NCBI GenBank assembly: GCA_000708835.1
Contig: DF237213.1
Coordinates: 78,233-123,182 of the forward strand
DNA: 44,950 nucleotides
Direction of reading: 5' to 3'
From: Klebsormidium nitens
Lineage: Eukaryota; Plantae; Klebsormidiophyceae
The position numbers and the translations under genes are program-made. Under the pieces are notes generated by a model. That model was given only the letters and a program-made list of their open reading frames with translations. It ran no database searches and had not been told where the DNA came from. Shown one piece after another: positions 36,601-44,950 of this stretch. Each line of letters begins with the position of its first letter. Position 1 is the first letter of the stretch.

Positions 36601-37625
36601 GGCCAGCGGCGGAGCATCCACTACGGGGTGGACATCGCGGCCGACACGGGCACGCCCATCCTGGCCGCGGACCGGGGCGTCATCGCCAAGGTCGCGCGCC
36701 ACTTCTGGGACACCGACGGGTGCGCGCGCGTTCACCTTTTCTGACTGACTGCCACGTGACAGCCCGCTCGAGGCTCGAAGAGTTCTGTTCTTCCGGTGTC
36801 TTTTAGGAGAACCTCCGCCAAAAAGTGGTTCTTAATTAGGCGCCAGGGCTATTTTGAACCATCGAAGGCTGGGTTCAAAGGTCTGCTTGCGGCTATGAGA
36901 GACAGGGTGGGAGACAGCGCTGCTTCTCGCAGTCAACAGCCCATCTCAACAGCCCAGCTGCCCGCCGCCTGTGCGTGTCTCATTTCGTGCGCCTGTGCGG
37001 GCAGGTACGGCAACTACGTGGACATCATGCACTCGGGCAACTTCCTGACGCGGTACGCGCACTGCCAGTCGCTGCTTGTGCGTGAGGGCCAGGTGAGCGG
37101 CCCCTCTGTCCACCGAGCGCCCCGTCGACTCGTGCTTCGAGCAGGACTGGAGCAATCGTTGGAGTCCGCAACCGATGCCTTGTTTCGTCCCTAGAGTTAG
37201 ACTCTGGGTTATCTGTTTCGCTCAAGTAGTCCCCGCTCGTGTGGTGCAGCGAGTTTCGAGGGGCCAGGAGATCGCCACAGTGGGAGCCACCGGGAATGCT
37301 CAAGGACCACACCTCCATTTTGAAGGTAACGCGCAGTCTCTCTCGATTCCAAGTTGTGAAGAATTGGATGTGTATGACAGTGCCCAGGCCGTGTGTTGGA
37401 AGCATCACCGATGACCTGAATAGCAGTTCCTTGCCCCGGCAATCTGCATAACAAGCAGCAATATCTCCAGAAGTCAATGACGTCAATACAAGCTGGAGAG
37501 AAGGAGAAATTCAGATTTTGGGGGTTTCCCCAGCCGGTGCTGACAGCGGTGTCGGTGAATCTGTGTTGGCAGTGCGCAAGGAGGGCAAGACGGTGAACCC
37601 CGCGCACTACACCCGCCTGTGCTGA
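33629..37625 (+). CDS. DipM: 3xLysM + peptidase M23 (LytM) protein, DipM/NlpD-like putative plastid peptidoglycan hydrolase; at least 10 exons, at least 508 aa, 5' end unresolved
   Basis: Exons 33629-33873, 34285-34701, 35019-35228, 35427-35509, 35759-35887, 36181-36250, 36564-36719, 37005-37092, 37250-37325, 37573-37625, all GT-AG and in phase. LysM1 YAVKTGDCLYGISREFGVDVKTLLASNP...LTLCVP; LysM2 YKVARGDTLAKIAARHKTSVAAIKQANKL; LysM3 VVRPGDTLSEIAKTHRMSVQELMRLNNL. M23: ISSPYGPR, HYGVD (HxxxD), GYGNYVDIMH, TRYAH, GPHLHFEVR (HxH), VNP. Orthology to DipM is inferred. Confidence 0.9.
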
Positions 37626-38826
37626 CCTCCACCACCCGGTGCCCCGTCCGCCCATTCTTTTCGGCTGCATTCAAAAGCTTGAGTCTGCCGGTAGCTGCTA
37701 GGATTATGTCCCGTGTCTGGTCCCAGGTCAAATGTGCGTCTCTCGGCAAAGATAGGGTGGATGTTGCTAGTCGTGCTGGTTAGGGCTCGTGTGGCTCCAA
37801 CGCCAGGTGGTCTTACAAGAAATAAACCCTACATATAGTCCGTTGTACTCTAGATAGTTGTAAGAGATCGAGGCCTTGCTTCTGTGCTGTGCCTGGTGGC
37901 GACTCTGCTTCCTTCAAGGCAGTCAAATCCGGAATAATCCAGCAGCGAGTGTCCCGTTGAAAAGCCAAGTGGCTCGAGAAAATGGTCAAGCGTTTGCTTG
38001 TGGGTCGTTGGGCCAACCCTTGAACTCAAGGCAAGGTTAGATTTGACTCTTATATGGTGCAACCTCCTAAGTAGTTAGTCGCTTGCAAAGGTCTTGACTC
38101 AAACAATACCATGAGTGCTTTCAATGGACGCATTATCAGCTTGTCGGATTAGCGATGCGTTCATGGGATAGTAAACATGCTCCGTGTTCAATGTGGTTAC
38201 GATCAAGTTTTCAAGCCGACCGATACTGTTTGCCGTGAAGCGCTATGCATGATACCATCTGTACTTCGCGGCATTGACGTCACCGTACCGGTGGCACATG
38301 GTCACATTGATCACGGAGAATTGCGGAGTTGCGGAGTCAAAAAACAAATTCCCGGCCGCGCCGGAGACCGTGCTCCACGGCCATGGTGGCTAAGGGCGTT
38401 AATAAATTGGAAGTTACCATCACATGGTGGCACTCATGCCATGACGTGATCATAGAGCGCGTGGGACCGTTCACACTCACGCGCAAACTTTGCAGGGCAT
38501 GCACATATTGATCTGGTTGAGAGTACACTGTATACCTTAGCATCATTATCAGCTGAAAGTTACCACAACGGATATCCTGCTAATGCATATGATGAGCCCG
38601 TTCTGGCGGATTGGCTCAACATCATCACATGGGCCTGGCGGCTGGTTGAGTTGCCTGGCGGCCGCCGGCCCGCACGCCGCGGCCGCTCTGCTGCCGCGGC
38701 TGTGGGGGGCCACGCACTAAAACTTTTCAGCAGTCAAGGCGTGCTGTAGCAACCCTTTTCGCCCGGGGGCTACTGGGAGAAGTCATCAGCAGATCGCCGG
38801 AAACTTAGAAAGTGCAAACATGCAAC

Positions 38827-38920
38827 TGGCGTCGCAGCCAGGATTTGAACCCGCGATCTATCGTGAGTCGATGTTCGCATGTACTTTAGGCTGTTTACAT
38901 GGAGACCACTGCCATAGACT
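38827..38920 (-). other. tRNA-like fragment (B-box, T-arm, CCA end), possibly SINE-derived
   Basis: Minus strand reads GCGGGTTCAAATCCTGGCTGCGACGCCA, with a degenerate A-box TGGCAGTGG ~55 nt upstream. No complete cloverleaf or acceptor stem. Confidence 0.35.
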
Positions 38921-39159
38921 CACGGTCACTCCAGAGGGCGCAGACGCCAGCCAAAATGTCGGCGCGAGCAGAATTGTATTAGCGGGCGGAATTATCATAT
39001 CCAAACTGCCCACAGGGTCAAAACGACTTGGCTAGGTCCCAAAACGTTCTCTACAAGTTTCCGCCATCGTTGGGCGTCATTTGCCCGGTCCATTTGAATG
39101 CCCAAAATTTGCATTTTAGTTGGGGAAGTACCTCCCCTCCTAGTACCTCCAAACTCTCC

Positions 39160-39432
39160 CAAATGCTGACGTCATAACTCCCAAAAGCGAAGAGATACGT
39201 CATCCTAAGCCCCGAGGTAATTCGACTACGATATTTTCGTACAAAACTTCCGGTTTTACAATCCGCAAAGTGACGTCATAAACCCTAATTTGCACTAACA
39301 AATGAGCAAATGAGCCCCTTCAACTGAGCTGTTGAGCTGTGTTGAGCTGTGCGCTTTCCGCTCCATTCTCACCTCTTCAAAACGAGTAGCTTAATTCCTC
39401 CTCTTCACTACGACCTTTCTACCTCTTCTTCA
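39160..39432 (+). promoter_or_regulatory. Promoter-like motif cluster
   Basis: TGACGTCATAA at 39167 and 39271, telobox AAACCCTAA at 39280-39288, then a pyrimidine-rich tract at ~39354-39432. Confidence 0.35.
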
Positions 39433-40188
39433 TGTGTGTGAACGTTTCTTGCAAAGAAGCGCCGCGGGGATGCGCCCCCAAAGTTGCGCCCCCGTTGCGC
39501 CCTGCTGCCCCCTTCTACCTCTCGCTTTGCTTGAAAAAGAAAGGAAAGCCCTAGGTCGCGGTCGCATGTCCTTCCTACGGTAGCTTGCACAGGCTGAGTG
39601 GCCAGGCTGCCATGCAGTTGTCCGAGTCACGGTCGACTCAGCGCATGATGCAAAATGGCAGGGGCCGAGTGACATCAGCGTTTGCAAGGACCCTGCATAC
39701 GTCATCATACCTTAAGCGAGAAATTCGGTCCCCCTTCGCCGTCAGCCCGATTCAAAATGGCTTGGTGTTTCGATTTGGCTCGATAGTTTGCGATACCCCC
39801 CAAGTCAGACATAGGTCCAACAGGTTCGAAATCTGCTGAGTACGAGCTAACAGATACTACAGATCGTCCAGCCGGTAGTGCTGTTCGACGCCCTCGCAAC
39901 CGCAGAGACGAGCCTCCGTCAAATCAGGCCCTACAAACGCCATCTGCGAGGAACCCCTGCTGTTCTGCTGATCAGCAAGGTCGTCCACCGCTTAGCAAGT
40001 TCGCGGCATCCCCCTGCAAGCTTCGAAATCTGCTTGGAGGGCAATTCAGCGAACCTGAGCTATTTGAGCTTCTCGCAAATGAGAGCAACGTCAAAGCCAA
40101 TCAATAATGCTCAGAAGGTTTTCTAACAAACTCGATGCGAGTCATGCGACTCATCACACCAGAATTCCACCTTGACATTGTGTTCCAA

Positions 40189-40388
40189 ACAACCGCAAAC
40201 CGCAACGCGATCCAAGAACTGCGGTCTGCGACCGCAAACGCAGTCCACAAACCGCAATCTGGGGGGTTCTAAACCGTGGTTTCCAGATTTCGGTCGTTGG
40301 GACCGCGAACCGGGCGGGCAACCCACACATGATGAACCGCAAACCGCACATCGCGACCGCCCAGTCCGAGTCCGCAGCCTTGCGGTCT
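40189..40388. repeat. ACCGC/AACCGCAA-rich repeat block, probable transposon subterminal region
   Basis: About 10 ACCGC(A)/TGCGGT motifs in 200 bp; no TIR identified. Confidence 0.55.
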
Positions 40389-41008
40389 TTATTCGGGGCG
40401 CCAGTCCCCGTCGGTTACCACCCGGCAGCCTTGACACTAGTAAATGGCTCCACCGGGTAACCCGAAAGTGGGTGGAAATGGTAGCCAACAGGCCATATAA
40501 GACGTCTGCAAAGTTTGGTGGACGCGCCCGCGGTGGCCCATACGGTCTGCTCGCTACTGGGCGCTACATATTTTGGCTGGGCGTCTGCGCCCCCGGGCTA
40601 GCCTAGCGGAGCATGCTTACGTCACCTCGCGTGCGCCGCCTTGCCACCTGGCGGTGTTACCGGTAGGGCGGTACCTAGCCGTCAATTACGGTCGCGAGTG
40701 CGTGTCTCGCAGTCTTACACTGGCGCAATTCTCAGCCGTCGTTTGGCGGACGAGAACTTATATTAGTTATACCTATTAGTTGAAGCAAGTCGGAGCCGTC
40801 GATCACATTCCTCGATTTGACCCCGCGACTTCGACTCGGCCTCAGTCTAGTTTGCAAGCAACCAACCGCCTGCCTGCCTGGCACCTGCGCGAAAGGAGGA
40901 GCAGCAATGCAGTACTAGTAGGCACCAGCACGGTGGCAGGGGCAGATTAGTTGTGAGGCGCTTGCTTCAATTGGCGCCATCGACATTTGAGCTAGAGGCC
41001 AAGACAAT

Positions 41009-44000
41009 ATGGCTGAGGCTACTGTAGCTGCGGATGCGCCCAGCACTGCCCCCGACGCTGCGCCAGAGGGGGATCACAAGGTGGCGAGCAAGGGGGAGCG
41101 GACGGAGCGTGTGAAGCGCCTGGACAGACCGAATCGTGCAGCTTTGGAGGAGGAAGTTGCGAAGCTGAACCAGACCGTTGACCAGCATCAGGCCAGAATT
41201 CAGGAGATCAAGGTTCTGATTGACAACAAGAAGGCGGGGAGGCAAGGTGTGTCTGGGGAGGTTGCAGAAGCTCGAAACAAGCTCAATGAGCTTGTGAATC
41301 ATTACAAGGCACTGATTGAGGAGAAGAACTCCATCAAGGAGGAGTTAAAGTACATCGACCAAGCTAGGGAGAAGGCCCGGGAGGAGGCCAAAAGCTTGAA
41401 GTCCAAACTGCCTTATGTCAGGTCAGCCGCTCTGGTTGCTTAGATAACCCCAATCTGTATGTTTGAATGTAGAAAGAGTTGCAATCACTCCTATTGGTCA
41501 AAGGCAATCAGAGCCTATCAGCTGGAGGTGGTCTTATGTGGTCTCGTTTTGCAGCACTCATGACGTAATTGTGGGCCAAACCTCCAATGTGTTCCTCTGA
41601 GTGTGTTGGTAAAGGTCAGCTCAGGAGACTCAGGCAGGAGTACCGCTGTTGATAGATCTAGCTTTGAGCGCCCTTCCTTGACGGATGGTCTGCTCGCATT
41701 GTCGCTCGCTTGCAAGCTTTCTTCGATTTTTAAGCATACAAAATCTTCATCAGAAGCTCTCTTGAAGTTAGCGGCGTCAGCACTCACGATGCGGAGGACA
41801 TACCTCTGGCAGAAGACTTTTCTTTGACGAAGAGGATTCTCCAGTCCCTTGGCTGTGCCGTTCTGGACATTATTCATCCTGCCACATTCAGGGAGATCTG
41901 ATTTGATCATCTACTTTATGTCTTTACAGCTCACAATGGATCAATGCACTGTTTTATGATTCTCCGTTGCCCATGGCTTTACGTGGCTCCCACCTGACCA
42001 CATTGTTAGATGAACTGAAAGTGCTGAAGCTGAGAGAAGGCAGTATCTTCGGCTTTCAATGTCGTCCACAATCCTGATTTGCTTTCTGCCAACAATTGTG
42101 AACCGAGTGTTGCTATTTGGTTTTGCCTGCTAGCCCTGAATTGCCTCCCAATTGTCGTAAAACCTGTGTGGAAGTCTCCGTACATTATCGTACGTTATCT
42201 AAGCATTGCCTTTCTGGCTGCCAGGGTTGAACAGATTGATGAGGAGGTCAAGAAGCTGGAGTACAAGATGCACCACACGTCGCTGACCATGGCCGAGGAG
42301 AAGCGGACCATCAGCCAGATCAACGAGCTGACCAAGTCACGCGAGTTTGTCAAAGTGTACAACGAGCGGATGGACAAGCTGTCGGGGGAGGAGTCGAGCA
42401 GGGGCGAGGTGCTGGAGCGCATTCGCCAGAAAGACGCGCAGATCAACGCGATCAAGGCGCAAGAGTCAGAGCAGAGGAGGCTGCTCAACTCCATCCGGGA
42501 CAAGGAGCAGTCACACACAGCTGATATTCCGGGCCTGCATCAGGTGGGACAGTATTCCCTGATCAGTTGCTCAATGTGAGCTGCACCAAGGGCTTGCTAA
42601 CAGGTGGTGCTCATGAACAGATTCAAAGGGATGGGGCAAGAGTGCGCTGTCAATAAAAAAAAGTGTGGCGCCTAACTCAACACATGAGCAGAAAGTGGCG
42701 CCTGGCTTGTCAATAGCAGTTTGGTCTGAGCTGTGTCCATTTGTTGCGGTGGAAAAAAGCCAAGTGAGCATAGCAATCCTGTCAGCTTGTTGGGAAGTGA
42801 TATCAGGTATGATGTTCGAATTGGCAGGAACGGAGTGAGCTGTACGACAAGATCAGTGAGCTGAAGAAGCAGGGTTACGAGTTGAGACAACAGTTCAGGG
42901 CCAAGGAGCAGGAATGGTGAGGACACAAACTTCCTGTCAGCACCAGTCAGGTTCCAAGTGCGTCTCGCCTGACATTTTCTGCAGCTGATAAGCAAAGGTT
43001 GAGCGCTATGTCCGAACTACTACTTCGCTGTAGTTCGGAAGGAAGGCTTCTCGATGGTTGTTGAATCCTAGACAAGGATGGTTTAGTTGCAAAGCAAACA
43101 GAAGGCGCTAGTGCAAGCGCCCAATGCCAGTTGGCGCATCATCACGTCTGGATTCATGTTGGAAAATGGGGCCTCACAGGTTCCACTTAAGGTCACCTTT
43201 CAGTGTTTGATTGTCAGGGGCCCTAGTGGTTGATCAATTTGGGATGGGCGACACTAGTACCCACTTGCATTCTTGTTGATGTGGGTTGGTAAAATGACAA
43301 CGGAAGGGGGTGCTGGCTGTGGCAGGTACGAGCGGGAGCAGGAGTGGCGCAAGCAGGAAGGGGAGCGGCGGAAGGCGCAGCGCGCGGTGTGGGACGCGGA
43401 GCGCAAGGTCAAGGAGGAGGCGTGGAAGGCGCGGCAGGCCGAGAACTTCGTGGAACCGTACACTGACGAGATCATCAAGTGCGATCAGCTGACCGCCATG
43501 CTGCAAAAGTATGCGCCTGCGCAGGCGGCCGCTGCCGCGGCCCCCAAGACCGAGATCAAGATGCCGGAGGGCGTCAGCATCTTGAAGAAGGATCGGGATG
43601 CAGGGATGGACGGCTGGTTCGGAGGGCTTGGGGGGGGGTCCAAGAAGGGCAAGAACAAGGGGGGGGGCGCAAAGGACAAGAGCACGGAGAAGCTGTCGCT
43701 GTCGCTCGACGCGCTGGCGTCACTGCAGAGCGTCTCGGTGGCAGCGCCGCTGACGGTGGGCGATGTGATGGGAGCGATTGAGAAGGTGAAGGAGAAGAAG
43801 GTGCACTATCAGGAGCTGCAGAAGGAGGAGCGGGTGAAGAGGGAGGCCAAGGCTGCGGCGGAGAAGGAGGGGGTGGTGGAGAAGGAGGAGACGGAAGGAA
43901 AGGCGGAAGGGGACAAAGAGGAGGATGAAAAGGAGACGAAGGAAGAGGACGAGGCAGATGCAAATGACGCCGAAGAAGAGACAGATGCCGCCAGCAAAGG

Positions 44001-44124
44001 GGAGACTAAAGCGCCTGAGGCCAAGAAGGTCGAGGCAAATGGGGTTGCGAAGGTAGAGAAAAAGGAGGATGCGGCAGAGGAGGCGGCGGAGGAGGCCGAG
44101 GAGGCCGAGGAGGCCAAGGAGTAA
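41009..44124 (+). CDS. Proton pump interactor (PPI) / Bfr1-like coiled-coil protein; 4 exons, 539 aa
   Basis: Exons 41009-41421, 42225-42543, 42828-42916, 43326-44124, GT-AG and in phase. VEQIDEEVKKLEYKMHHTSLTMAEEKRTISQINEL and EPYTDEIIKCDQL resemble the Bfr1/PPI family. Acidic E/A/K tail. Confidence 0.75.
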
Positions 44125-44950
44125 ACGAGCTTTGCGCCGCTTGATGGAATGCGGGTCCGTTTGCAGACCTGCAAGAGTCTCGTTCTCGTTCGAAAGGGGT
44201 GTTGCCCTTTTAAAGTCACGGGTAGACTACCGTACACAGTTCTCTTTAGAAGGCAAGCTTCAATCAGCGGGTGAATTACGCCCACTTTGGCGCCTACAGC
44301 TTCCCATCTTTACTCATTCCAATTTAGTACCGCGTTCGCAGAAAGTTTCTCTGCAAGTGTCATGAGGCACTGGTCCTGATTTTGAGCGACCTAGATACTA
44401 CTTTCTGGCTGGACGGCCCGCCCGCCCCCCGCGCCCGCCTGCCTGCTTTCAGTTATGCAATCCAATCCGGCCATCTGAATGATTGCCATTTCAACTCATG
44501 AATCTGCCGGAATCACGTCAGTCGTACGCGTTCAATCTATAACAAAGTTCGAGAAGCTTAATTCTCAATGAGTCTGCTTTGTCGTGCACCGTTAGCACCC
44601 CGTGACACATGTTTTCGACTCCATGCCCGTGGCCGGCATGATGCATGATTCAGTGACCATGAGTGGAATCGGAATATATTGTATGCCAGGCGGCCGCCAG
44701 CTGATCGAATCAGCTCATGCAGTCATTGTATAATATGAGTATTGTAAGTAATACAAGCTACCTATGGTGGGTGTCGGCGGTCTCGATCGCGCGACGGTAC
44801 CGTCACCAAATTGACTCACCAGTGTTACGCGTCGCGACATTTCATGTACACAGTACTGACGACCGTACTCGCCCGTACTTGAGAATCCGGTCCGAGTTCA
44901 TGAATTGGAAATTGTCTGACTTGTCGACGAACGGTAAACTCCGGAATATT

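Noticed and set aside
33629-37625. Bacterial contamination as the source of the LysM-M23 sequence
   Set aside because: The domains are interrupted by nine phase-consistent GT-AG introns and flanked by plant-type genes.
40170-40436. CCTTGACA direct repeat as an 8-bp TSD around the ACCGC block
   Set aside because: No terminal inverted repeats inside the pair; could be chance.
40329-40450. C/D snoRNA suggested by ATGATGA at 40329
   Set aside because: No CTGA D-box at a suitable distance and no terminal stem.
40123-40606. ORFs 40123-40488 (-) and 40172-40606 (+)
   Set aside because: Produced by the ACCGC repeat; no coding signature.
41518-41910. ORFs inside PPI-like intron 1
   Set aside because: Intronic composition and no motifs.

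Overview
Eukaryotic nuclear DNA, not prokaryotic: GC-rich exons are split by ~150-900 nt spliceosomal introns, so most listed ORFs are exon fragments or antisense shadows. Gene content (land-plant-type MTR4, URGT, GRDP and PPI/Bfr1-like genes plus a bacterial-type LysM-M23 gene) points to a streptophyte alga such as Klebsormidium (inference). I reconstructed eight genes by hand from splice sites and phase: MTR4 helicase (-), URGT sugar transporter (+), a ~940 aa coiled-coil protein (-), a ~130 aa membrane protein immediately upstream of it (-), an F-box protein (+), a GRDP/DUF1399 protein (-), a 3xLysM + M23 peptidase (DipM/NlpD-like, +) and a PPI/Bfr1-like coiled-coil protein (+). Intergenic DNA holds three MITEs with clear TIRs and TSDs, one nested in a probable fourth element. 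Best leads: the LysM-M23 putative plastid peptidoglycan hydrolase, and two same-strand ORFs possibly coupled by a TAATG stop-start overlap (candidate bicistronic unit). No rRNA, intact tRNA or CRISPR array was found.
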